NCBI RefSeq assembly: GCF_947503705.1
Contig: NZ_CANNES010000004.1
Location: forward strand, 1-64,000
DNA from: an uncultured Tateyamaria sp.
GTDB taxonomy: Bacteria; Pseudomonadota; Alphaproteobacteria; Rhodobacterales; Rhodobacteraceae
Direction: 5' to 3'
Length of the DNA: 64,000 bases
Shown: positions 10,313 to 19,414 of the stretch, in pieces
How positions within the stretch are numbered: position 1 is the stretch's first letter
Layout: every line of letters starts with the position of its first letter
Made by a program: the position numbers and the translations under genes
The notes under the pieces: model-generated
Databases searched by the model: none
What the model saw: only the letters and a program-made list of their open reading frames with translations
What the model was told of the DNA's origin: nothing

Positions 10313-11262
10313 GACCCAACAGGCCGCAATCTGATTGACGGCTCGCGCCGCCAACTTCTTTTTACCTATCAGTAGCCGAATTAAGCAGTTGGAATTTGCT
10401 ATTGCGAACCAAAGCATGGCTTGGCAATTGTGTTGAAAACGGCAGCAAGCGAACAACTGCTGGCAGCCAAATGCAGCCACAGACTTCGTTGTTGATCAAA
10501 TTGCATAAATTGCAAGCGAACCTCAGTCTATGACAGCGCCATATCATTGCAACAATCACGGATCGCAAATGCATATTCCCTTTGGTCGAGACGAGATCGC
10601 ATCCTTCTTAGAGATAGTTCCTCAAAAAATTGACCTCCCTTGGCGTCGAGGCTTTTTAATTAAGTTGCCGCATTGCAACCGTCGTCCCGTCGCATCTTTA
10701 AGCTATTCAAAGATATACGATCTTCTAGAATATGCACTCGGTCACACCGATCTTCCGGATCGCATCCTGGCGCGGCATACCTTGCCCTGTCAGAACCCAA
10801 ACTTGCCGTGACCTCGTAACAATCTCGTCGGGCTTGGGTCGCTTGGTTGCTATTGCTGGTTCTCCGTTTCCTAAACATCGGAGCGGACCACTTCAAAGGG
10901 GGAACTTGAGCAGTCGTTATGCCACCACGTATACTGGTATCGGTCTCATTCTGTATTGTCCAGATGAGTAAGCTGTCCCAGCGGCACCCAACCTTCTGCG
11001 AAAACGATGAGACCACGGCTGACCTGCTTCGATATTCGCTTTCGTGATCCAAGACCATGCCCACAACACGCGAACGCAATTTGTACGGATATCCCTTTCC
11101 AGAGTTCTATTTTTGCATAACCCAGTATCACTACTTTTGGGTTTCCGGCAAGAACGGAGCGGTTCATAGCAGTCGTAAAGTTTTTATCAAGATTACCATG
11201 CGACTGATGGCAACGGTCGTAGTTGCTTCAACGTCAGTTGCTTCAGGCCTTGAGTTAAATCG

Positions 11263-12816
11263 ATGGGAGACGTCAGGATGACGGGTATTGAGTGGAATCT
11301 TGGTTTGCCAGTCGGCGATGATCATGCTGACACAAACAGAAACAACGGTTGGGGAGATACCGGTGGGCTGAAGACCCTCCCAGCCTTCCACCATTTCGCA
11401 GATTACTATGCGGTTCTGGAGGATACGGATATTCTCGCTGTGAACAATGGAGTGGTAACAGACTGTGTTAGCAACACTGACTCGACCTCCGATACAGGTT
11501 CGGGGTTCGGCAACTACGTATTTATTGAACATACTCTCCCTTGCGGAAACAACGTTTACTCGATGTACGCCCAACTAAGCTCTGTACATGTGACTGGGAG
11601 GCAACCCGCAGGAATTGGTGACAAAATCCGAGGTCACAACGGTGACAATACCATCACAAGTGCAGATGATGATAACGTGCTCTGGGGGGACACGGCAAAT
11701 GACCTTATCCAAGGCCTAGTCGAGGATAAACTGCTCGGGGGGCTTGGTTCGGACACGCTCTACGGCAGCACTGGCGACGAACACCCGCGCGGCAAGCATG
11801 GCAATGACATGATTGACGGTGAGGCCGGGATAGACACCGTATTTTCTTGGGGAGAGTTTGAGAAGATTTCCAGTGTCGAAATCTCACCTAGCGTCACCCA
11901 CATCGCTGGCATTCGGGCAGACGGTCAAGAGGGCGTCGATACGTTGACGGATGGAGAGTACCTAGAGTCTTTTGACACTACAATTGCTGCGAGCGACTTC
12001 TTTGAAGTAGCCCGCTCTGCGACAACTAACGCAGCGGATACGCAAGCTGAGTGCCTGATCTCCGTCGATGTGCGGGCGAATGATCAGACCAATGCCACGG
12101 ATGCCTGGCTTGCCGAAGGATCAGTTATTCGCGGCAGCGGCGTCGTCTCAATCATCAGCGGTCAATTGGTGTACGACCCCCAAAACGACTACTCGCGTTT
12201 GCTGGGAGACCAGTCAGAAGATGTCACGATGAGTTACGCGTTTGAGACTTCCGGTGGTCAGACTGCGGAAGGGGCTCTAAACGTGGCGGTCAATTGGTCA
12301 ATAATGGCAATGAGTGGTACAACGCATGACGACACCTTTGATGGCAACTGGGCCAATGACTTGCTTCACGGGGCCGGAGGTAATGGTACTTTGAACGGTG
12401 GCGCTGGCAATGACTCATTTAAGGGCGGGGTTGGAGCAGACATTTTAGTTGGAGGCTCAGGAAACGACACTTTGACGGGTGGTGCTGGGGCCGACGTGTT
12501 CGTGTTCGATCGGGAGGCTGGATTTGATACGGTGATCGACTTCGAGGTAGGTACTGACAAGATTGACCTGTCCGCGCATCTAGAAGATGTCGGGTTCGTA
12601 TTGTTCGATCTCAATGGTGATAGCTACGCAAAGATATCCTGCTTTGAGGACTTCGCATTTGGCCGCCTAACACTGGATTTTGTGCAGAATGGCGACGATG
12701 CCGAAATATTCGCCCTATATGACGGTTTGGAAATAGGTCGTGATGGAAAAGGGCTCGTTGTGACACTTGAGAATATTAGTGTTGCTGATCTCTCCATTTC
12801 GGATTTTGTTTTTTAA
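11263..12816 (+). CDS. RTX protein with an N-terminal M23 (LytM-like) metallopeptidase-type domain; probably N-terminally truncated or decayed
   Basis: 517 aa. 'FHHFADYY' supplies the HxxxD motif and '[32 protein letters not shown]' the M23 GxGNxVxIxH...YxHL core (YAQL replaces YAHL). The C-terminus has [46 protein letters not shown] RTX repeats and ends ...SDFVF. There is no signal peptide or normal N-terminus, and 1 kb of AT-rich non-coding DNA lies upstream. Confidence 0.7.
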   Translation: [517 protein letters not shown]

Positions 12817-12967
12817 GGTATGCAAGGCTCATTGGTGCATCATACTGGTTCATACGAATAAATACTCGCATAGTCTTCTAAAACGATGGACCAACTGGTT
12901 GACCTGCCCCGCGGAACTTCCCTCGTTCTGATGTAGAGTTTGCTCAACCTTTCGAAGGAGCAAACAC

Positions 12968-13231
12968 ATGCGAAAGAGCCGTTTCACTGAAGCGCAGATT
13001 ATCGGGATGATCAGAGAGCAAGAAGCCGGAATGCCGACAGCGGAGGTTTGCCGCAAGCACGGTCTTAGCCAAGGCACGTTCTACAAATTCAAATCCAAGT
13101 ATGGCGGCATGGAAGTGTCTGATGCTGCTAAGCTGAGGGCGCTGGAAGATGAGAATGCCAAGCTGAAGCGTCTGCTCGCGGATCAGATGCTCGACAACGT
13201 TGTGTTGAAGGACTTGCTGGGAAAGAGCTGA
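12968..13231 (+). CDS. IS3/IS407-family transposase OrfA (HTH)
   Basis: 'MRKSRFTEAQIIGMIREQEAGMPTAEVCRKHGLSQGTFYKFKSKYGGMEVSDAKRLRALEDENAKLKRLLADQMLDN' is the canonical InsE/IS407 OrfA. Confidence 0.85.
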   Translation: MRKSRFTEAQIIGMIREQEAGMPTAEVCRKHGLSQGTFYKFKSKYGGMEVSDAAKLRALEDENAKLKRLLADQMLDNVVLKDLLGKS

Positions 13232-13269
13232 CGACATAGAGCGAACGGCGGGACGCAGCGCTTCGAGCA

Positions 13270-14130
13270 ATGCGGGATCACGACATCTCGCAGCGCCGGG
13301 CCTGCTAGCTCGTTGGTGTCGACCCCAAAACCGTCCGGCGCGAACGCCCGCCTGACAACCCAGAGATACGGAAAGAGATGAAGGCTATCGCGGCCAAGCG
13401 GCGTCGGTTTGGCTATCGCCGGATCGGCGTGATGCTGGAACGTGAAGGGTACGTAATGAACCACAAGAAGCTGTATCGGCTTTATACAGAGGAGAAGCCG
13501 GGTGTCAGACAACGACGGGGCCAGAAACGGGCGCGTGGCTCGCGGACACCGATTCCTGAGGCGCTGAGGCTGGGCAAGCGCTGGTCGCTGGACTTCCTGT
13601 CCGACACCTTCGGGGCATCGCGGAGGTTCCGCATTCTGGCGGTGAACGATGATTGCTGCCGCGAGAACCTGGGTTTGATGGCCGATACCAGCATCTCGGG
13701 TACCCGTGTTGCGCGAGATCTGGACGCGCTCGTCCGGCTCTATGGCAAACGGGTCAGCATTGTCAGCGACAATGGAACCGAGTTCACCAGCTGAGCGATC
13801 CTGAAGTGGGCCAACGATAACGGCGTCGACTGGCGCTACATTGATCCCTGCAAACCCCAGCAGAATGCCTTCATCGTGTCATTCAAGGGCAGCCTGCGAG
13901 ACGAACTTCTGAATGAGGAGATGTTCGACTGTCTGGATGAGGCCCGCCGCAAATTGGCGCTCTGGCGATACGACTACAACAACGTCAGACCTCACGCATC
14001 TCTGGAAACCAAACGCCCGCAGAAGCGCGCCGAACGCTTGAGCAATTTGAGGGCTCCGCGCCCGGCGCGCTTGCCCAAACTGACGACGAAGAATATGAAA
14101 ACCAGACCCGCAAACTCTCGTTATGAATGA
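13270..14130 (+). pseudogene. IS407-group transposase OrfB (DDE integrase core) inactivated by two in-frame nonsense codons
   Basis: One continuous frame reads 'MRDHDISQRRAC*LVGVDPKTVRRERPPDNPEIRKEMKAIAAKRRRFGYRRIGVMLEREG...[57 protein letters not shown]...'. TAG at 13306-13308 replaces the conserved Q (RRACQ, CAG to TAG). TGA at 13792-13794 replaces R/K (TEFTSRAILKW, CGA to TGA). Both are C-to-T transitions. Confidence 0.8.
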
Positions 14131-15322
14131 GGGAGCCTCGGGGGGCAGGTCAGGTGTGTGCGAGCGTGGCAAGGCATTGTGAACTGCGTTGGTCTTGTGG
14201 CGGGTCCCTTGTCCCAGTGGCTTTACAGACACCTGGCCGAGGCCACGTTTGAGACTGTCGTGATGGACACACGGCAGGTTAAGGGCGCCCTGAAGCGTAT
14301 CGGGGTGGTACTGCATCGCATGTGGCGCGATGAAACCCCGTTCCTGTTTACCCGAGCGGAGCCGATCATAGCCTAGCAATCTGATACCAAGAGGGAAAAA
14401 GCCCACGCGCAGTTGCGTGTGCTTTGAGGTCCCAACCGGGACGCAGTCCCCGATGACGTTGTCAGCGGACTAGATGCTGGAAAACCACCTCCAAGCACGC
14501 GCAAAGATGGGCGCTCGGGACCTGCACTGGGACCAGGCATGATGTGGCAGCTCTGGCGCTGACTACGGACGGAAGCATCACCCCAGTTTGGATCAATCAT
14601 GGCACAACCAAACGTGGCACAAAGAAAGTCAGTAAAATGCCAGAAGCACTGTTCATACGCGAGAACCCTATTGTTACGACAGCAATGGGCTTGACACACG
14701 CCCCAATATGGAAGCCTGCTTTCTGCGCATAGCAGACGTCTCGGCTCGCTAGGTACGGAGCCTAGCGACGCTTACCTAGCCTAAGGTGTATCGAGCGCGC
14801 TCTTATGAGGAAAAGTACCAAACAACTTCCCAAATCCATGCGACGTGGAAGGGGCAGATTCCGGCGAAAAATAATGCCCTACCCAGCTTTGCTGGTTTGG
14901 CATTATTATTCACCGGTTCTAGTGTTTGCATCTTTTTTTAACATGTGAAGAGAAGTGGCTTCACGCCCACATTTGTTGGTTTCAGTTCGTTGATAAGTTT
15001 AGTGGCCCTGCTCAAAGCACCCCAACACTATCGAAACCTGGTTAATTATGAATGAACTCACCATCAGGCCATCTGCCTCTTGTCATGTCGTTGCGGCACA
15101 CCTTTACCGCATGGGCGACCCCATCCGGCAAGCCTCTAAAAACGTTGGACAAAAACAGATTTTTGTGACATGATTAGGACTGCATTCCTAGAAATCCGCC
15201 CAAATTTTGGACCGCAGCCCGCCCGGCTGCGGCCCGCGCCCTTTGGCGCGTGCGGATTTGTTTTCTTAACCAGTAACTTCGAAACGCGCGCCCCAACAGG
15301 GGCGCGCGGGAAAGTGTTTTAC

Positions 15323-15538
15323 ATGTCCCCCGATCTCGACAAATACCGCCGCATCGGTGAGGCGGAAGGCGAATACGGGCTCAGCAATCAGGCTCTGCTC
15401 GCCCTTTGGGCGTCTCTTGAAGACCTTGCGGCCCGCCCCGACGATTATCCACCGATTTGCGTATCCACACCCCACGCTAAAGGCGACTCTGACCCCTCGC
15501 CTGCGCTACACTCAAACCAGAAGGAGGCCAGCCCATGA
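15323..15538 (+). CDS. Small hypothetical protein translationally coupled (ATGA) to the serine recombinase; possible recombination directionality factor
   Basis: ATG 15323 opens a 71-aa ORF 'MSPDLDKYRRIGEAEGEYGLSNQALLALWASLEDL...'. Its stop overlaps the recombinase start at 15535-15538. Confidence 0.35.
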   Translation: MSPDLDKYRRIGEAEGEYGLSNQALLALWASLEDLAARPDDYPPICVSTPHAKGDSDPSPALHSNQKEASP

Positions 15539-17142
15539 CCACAGCCGTGATTTACGCCCGCGTTTCCTCAAAAGCGCAGCTCAAAAAGGGGGACGGCCTT
15601 GCCGGACAGGAATCCCGATGCCGCGATTTTGCAACCTATCGCGGCTATGACGTCGCAAAGGTCTTCTTTGAGCGCGGCGTCACAGGCCGCATCGACAACC
15701 GCCCCGCCATGCGCGAGATGCTCACATGGCTGCGCAAACACCGCAAAGACAGCCCCGTTGTCATCATTGACGACATCTCGCGTCTTGCCCGCAATCTCGA
15801 AGCCCATATCAAGTTGCGCGCCACTATCGGCGCGGTCGGCGCTCAACTGGAAAGCCCCTCCATCGAGTTTGGCGACGACAGCGACAGCCGCCTGATCGAG
15901 AACATGCTCGCCAGCGTGTCCCAACATCACAGCCAGAAAAACGCCGAACAGGTGCGGCACCGGATGAGGGCACGGCTCAAGACGGGGTATTATTGCTTTT
16001 GGGTGCCAACGGGTTATGCCTATGTCAAAGGGGCGGGCGGTGGCAAAGTCCTTATGCGCGATGAACCCGCCGCTAGCCTGCTCCAAGAAGCACTGGAAGG
16101 CTTTGCCTCAGGCCGCTTTGGATCACAGGCAGACGTGGCACGGTTCCTCGCCCCGCACCCGATCTTTGCACGAGACGCCAAGGGCAACATTCACCCGCAG
16201 CGCATCAAGAACCTGCTCACAAACAAGATTTATGCGGGTTACTACGCTTATCAGCCGTGGGGCATCGGCCTGACAAAAGGAAAGCATGACGCGCTGATCT
16301 CATGGGACACGTTTGAGCGTATCCAAGCCCGCATGAAGGACACCACAACGGCACCACAGAAGATCGCCAGCACCGACGATTTCCCTTTACGCGGTTACGT
16401 CGCCTGCGACGGCTGCGGACATCCCATGACGGGTTATTGGGCGAAGGGGCGCAACAAGCGCTATGCCTACTACGAGTGTTTCCAGAAGGGCTGCGAATTA
16501 CGCCGCAAATCCATCAAGCGGGCGGACATCGAAGACGCGCTCGAGAGCCTATTACAGTCTCTGACGCCAAGTCGTGGATTGATCGCCGTCGCCGCTGAGA
16601 TGTTCAAAGACATCTGGGACGGGCGTATCGCGCAGTGGCAAACCCAGCGGAAAGCGCAAAAGACCGAACTGGCGCGGATTGAGGCGCAAATCAGCAAAAC
16701 GGCAGATCGTTTGATCGACACGACCAGCACCGCCACCGAACGCGCGCTCGAGGCCAAGATCGACAAACTCGAAGCACAGCGGGTCAAACTCGCCGAAGAC
16801 CTGGCCTATTCCAAGCCAAAACCCGATGACTTCCAGCGAAAATTTCGAACCGCTCTGGCGTTTCTCGCAAACCCTTGGAAACTCTGGGAAACAGGCCGAG
16901 GCAGTGATCGCCAAACCGTCCTGAAACTGGTTTTTGACAATCCCATCCCATATGCGCGTGAAACAGGGTTTCGAACCGCAAAAACCACCATACCATTCAA
17001 TACCTTAGACGATATCGAAGGGGCGAAAAGGAAAATGGCGGAGACTGTGGGATTCGAACCCACGGGACGCTCTCACGCCCAACGGTTTTCAAGACCGCCG
17101 CATTCGACCACTCTGCCAAATCTCCGTCAAACCATGCTTTAG
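15535..17142 (+). CDS. Large serine recombinase (resolvase/invertase N-domain, recombinase domain and zinc-ribbon), island integrase; its 3' end reads antisense through the tRNA-Ser gene
   Basis: 'MTTAVIYARVSSKAQLKKGDGLAGQ' contains the catalytic serine motif (YxRVSS). Further motifs are 'VVIIDDISRLARN' and the zinc-ribbon Cys cluster 'CDGCGHPMTGYW...YYECFQKGC'. A coiled-coil C-terminus follows. There is no stop codon until 17142, so the ORF covers the tRNA at 17036-17125. Confidence 0.85.
   Translation: MTTAVIYARVSSKAQLKKGDGLAGQESRCRDFATYRGYDVAKVFFERGVTGRIDNRPAMREMLTWLRKHRKDSPVVIIDDISRLARNLEAHIKLRATIGAVGAQLESPSIEFGDDSDSRLIENMLASVSQHHSQKNAEQVRHRMRARLKTGYYCFWVPTGYAYVKGAGGGKVLMRDEPAASLLQEALEGFASGRFGSQADVARFLAPHPIFARDAKGNIHPQRIKNLLTNKIYAGYYAYQPWGIGLTKGKHDALISWDTFERIQARMKDTTTAPQKIASTDDFPLRGYVACDGCGHPMTGYWAKGRNKRYAYYECFQKGCELRRKSIKRADIEDALESLLQSLTPSRGLIAVAAEMFKDIWDGRIAQWQTQRKAQKTELARIEAQISKTADRLIDTTSTATERALEAKIDKLEAQRVKLAEDLAYSKPKPDDFQRKFRTALAFLANPWKLWETGRGSDRQTVLKLVFDNPIPYARETGFRTAKTTIPFNTLDDIEGAKRKMAETVGFEPTGRSHAQRFSRPPHSTTLPNLRQTML
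17036..17125 (-). tRNA. tRNA-Ser (anticodon UGA) with encoded CCA
   Basis: Reverse complement reads GGAGATTTGGCAGAGTGGTCGAATGCGGCGGTCTTGAAAACCGTTGGGCGTGAGAGCGTCCCGTGGGTTCGAATCCCACAGTCTCCGCCA. It has a 7-bp acceptor stem (one G·U), a D-arm, anticodon loop CTTGAAA (anticodon TGA), a long variable arm typical of Ser, a T-loop GGTTCGAATCC and discriminator G. Confidence 0.9.
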
Positions 17143-17342
17143 GCACGCCCGCGCGATTCGGCAAATAGGCAAACGCACGAGGAAAATTGCCGATCACGCA
17201 GACCCACGCTTTTCAGAACGGCCATCGCGCGCTATGGTGATCCCATACATCCGCTTCGGCGGACCATAAATACGTGTCGCAAACGGCGCGATCGGCCCAA
17301 AAAACGGGCCACACAGGCATATAGCAGGCAAGGACGCAGTCC

Positions 17343-18230
17343 ATGAGCAGAGCATTCACATCCCCTAGGTTGCGCACAGGCGCGGCGCTGATCCTCGCAA
17401 CCAGCCTATTGGCCGCTTGCGACGAAAGCGGCCAGTTTGTCGCCATGCAAGCGTTCCAGCCCAAAAACACCGACACGCAAGGCGCGCCAGACCTAACTGC
17501 CGCCATCAAGACAGTTGAGCGGGATGTCGAAGCGCCAGATGTGTTCTCTGCCACCGAGGCAGGCCTTTGGGACGGTCGCCCATCGCTTGGCGGCGTCTGG
17601 GTCGCGCATCCCGACGTGAAAGAGCCCGAGCGGGTGATCATCCGCAACCCCAGCAATGACAAGTTTGTTGTGGGCGCGCTCTTCCGGCGCGAACGGGACA
17701 TCCCCGGCCCGCGCATCCAGATCAGTTCGGATGCGGCAGAAGCCCTTGGCATGCTGGCAGGTGCGCCTGCGGAGCTGAACGTGACAGCCTTGCGCAAGGA
17801 AGAAGTTGCCGTGGCCCCAGAAACGCCGCCACTGGTCGAAGCCGTGGAGGCTCCGGGCGAGATTGCATCAACGACACTTGACCCGATTGCCAGTGCCGCC
17901 GCCGCGATTGACGCACCCACGCCTGGCATCCAGCCTGCAGCAACCACTCCGGCGCCAGCACAAGTGGCCGCGACAACGCGGCCGGCGGCGTCCAGACTTT
18001 CAAAACCTTTCATCCAGATTGGCATCTTTTCGGTTGAGGCCAATGCCGAACGCACCGCCAAGCAGATGCGCGGCGCGGGCATCATCCCAACGGTCAAGCA
18101 GTTCGACCGGGACGGCAAGCCGTTCTGGCGCGTTGTGGTCGGCCCTGCCGCCACATCGGGCGAGCGCACGCAACTGTTGGGCAAGATCAAGGATGAGGGA
18201 TTCACTGACGCATACGCTGTCTCAAACTGA
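17343..18230 (+). CDS. SPOR-domain lipoprotein (septal peptidoglycan-binding)
   Basis: Lipoprotein signal 'LILATSLLAAC', a Pro/Ala-rich linker, and a C-terminal SPOR domain 'KPFIQIGIFSVEANAERTAKQMRGAGIIPTVKQFDRDGKPFWRVVVGPAATSGERTQLLGKIKDEGFTDAYAV'. Confidence 0.8.
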   Translation: MSRAFTSPRLRTGAALILATSLLAACDESGQFVAMQAFQPKNTDTQGAPDLTAAIKTVERDVEAPDVFSATEAGLWDGRPSLGGVWVAHPDVKEPERVIIRNPSNDKFVVGALFRRERDIPGPRIQISSDAAEALGMLAGAPAELNVTALRKEEVAVAPETPPLVEAVEAPGEIASTTLDPIASAAAAIDAPTPGIQPAATTPAPAQVAATTRPAASRLSKPFIQIGIFSVEANAERTAKQMRGAGIIPTVKQFDRDGKPFWRVVVGPAATSGERTQLLGKIKDEGFTDAYAVSN

Positions 18231-18250
18231 TCCTGAAGAGGACCCAAACC

Positions 18251-19414
18251 TTGATCCGCACCCTCGCTGCCACTGCTTTGCTGATCGCAACGGCTCTGCC
18301 CGTCACCGCGTTTGAAACGCGGGCGACGGCGGCATACGTTTATGACCTGAGCACAAGCACGGTCCTGTTGAACAAGAATGCAGACGCGCCTCTGCCGCCT
18401 GCATCAATGTCCAAGCTCATGACGCTTTATGTGGCGTTTGAGGCGATTGAACGGGGTCAATTGCGGATGACGGACGAGCTTGTCGTCTCGGCTCATGCCA
18501 ACAGCTTTGGCGGCTCGACCCTGTTTCTGAAAACCGGCGAACGCGTCACGGTCGAAGAGCTTATCCGCGGGATCATCGTCTTGTCGGGCAATGATGCCTG
18601 CGTGGTGATCGCCGAGGCGCTCAGCCCCGATGGGACCGAGGGCGGCTTTGCCAGGATGATGACCCGGCGGGCGCAGGATATGGGCATGACCAACTCCACT
18701 TTCGCCAATTCCAGCGGCTGGCCTGCTGCGGGACACCGGATGTCGATGCGCGATCTGGGGCTGCTGGCCACGCGCCTGATCGAGGATTTCCCGGAATACT
18801 ATCCGATGTTTTCGGAAACCGAGTTTCTCTTTGATGCCACGGAATCGGCCAACCGGTTCAACCGCAACCCCCTTCTCAAACTTGGGATCGGGGCCGATGG
18901 GCTCAAAACCGGCCACACCCAAGAGGCGGGTTATGGCCTGACCGGGTCGGCCAAACAGGGTGACCGCCGCGTCGTTTTTGTGGTGTCGGGCCTCGACAGC
19001 ACAGCCGCGCGGGCGCAGGAATCCGAGGCCATCGTCAACTGGGCCTTCCGGCAGTTTGCCGAACGCACCTTGGCGACCGAAGGCGAACGGATCGCAACAG
19101 CGCAGGTCTGGGAAGGCGCGGAACCGATTGTCGGGCTTGTTCCAGCCGCAGATATCTCCGTGCTGCTTCCCGTGCTTGCCGGAAATGAGGTCAGCGCCGA
19201 AGTGGTCTATAATGGCCCCGTTCAAGCCCCGATTGCCGCGGGCACACCACTGGCCGAACTGGTGCTGCAACCCGAAGGACTGCCAGAGCAACGCTTTGCG
19301 CTGGTGGCTGAGGCAGACGTGGCGCATGGCGGTTTTCTTGCGCGGATCTCAACGGCAGCCATGTCCCTCATCGACCGGATCAGCAGCAGGTCCACATCCG
19401 AAAGCGGCGCGTGA
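18251..19414 (+). CDS. dacC: D-alanyl-D-alanine carboxypeptidase (PBP5/6 type, peptidase S11)
   Basis: Signal peptide, then SxxK 'ASMSKLMT', SxN 'LSGNDA' and KTG 'LKTGHT' motifs, and a PBP5 C-terminal domain. Confidence 0.9.
   Translation: MIRTLAATALLIATALPVTAFETRATAAYVYDLSTSTVLLNKNADAPLPPASMSKLMTLYVAFEAIERGQLRMTDELVVSAHANSFGGSTLFLKTGERVTVEELIRGIIVLSGNDACVVIAEALSPDGTEGGFARMMTRRAQDMGMTNSTFANSSGWPAAGHRMSMRDLGLLATRLIEDFPEYYPMFSETEFLFDATESANRFNRNPLLKLGIGADGLKTGHTQEAGYGLTGSAKQGDRRVVFVVSGLDSTAARAQESEAIVNWAFRQFAERTLATEGERIATAQVWEGAEPIVGLVPAADISVLLPVLAGNEVSAEVVYNGPVQAPIAAGTPLAELVLQPEGLPEQRFALVAEADVAHGGFLARISTAAMSLIDRISSRSTSESGA

Larger units (their letters stand above)
12900..14153 (+). mobile_element. 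IS3-family, IS407-group insertion sequence (~1.25 kb), non-functional
   Basis: Terminal inverted repeats TGACCTGCCCC (12900-12910) and GGGGCAGGTCA (14143-14153), characteristic of IS407-group ends. Flanked by GGT on both sides (a possible 3-bp target duplication). Contains orfA and a disrupted orfB. Confidence 0.8.

Noticed and set aside
14158-15320. Short ORFs (14158-14376, 14373-14699, 14544-14732, 15266-15475) between the IS and the recombinase
   Set aside because: All are shorter than 110 codons, mutually overlapping, with no motifs or RBS. The region looks like decayed non-coding island DNA.
16957-16980. Treating the tRNA-like GGGTTTCGAACC segment as the island's second att site
   Set aside because: It lies only ~60 bp from the tRNA and inside the recombinase CDS, so it cannot delimit the island. 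It was kept only as a possible relic of an earlier integration event.
17213-18247. 344-aa minus-strand ORF opposite the SPOR lipoprotein gene
   Set aside because: The plus-strand frame has a lipoprotein signal and a SPOR domain. The minus frame is Ala/Ser/Pro low-complexity with no features.
18404-19327. 307-aa minus-strand ORF opposite dacC
   Set aside because: dacC carries the SxxK/SxN/KTG motifs. The antisense ORF is a GC-rich artefact.
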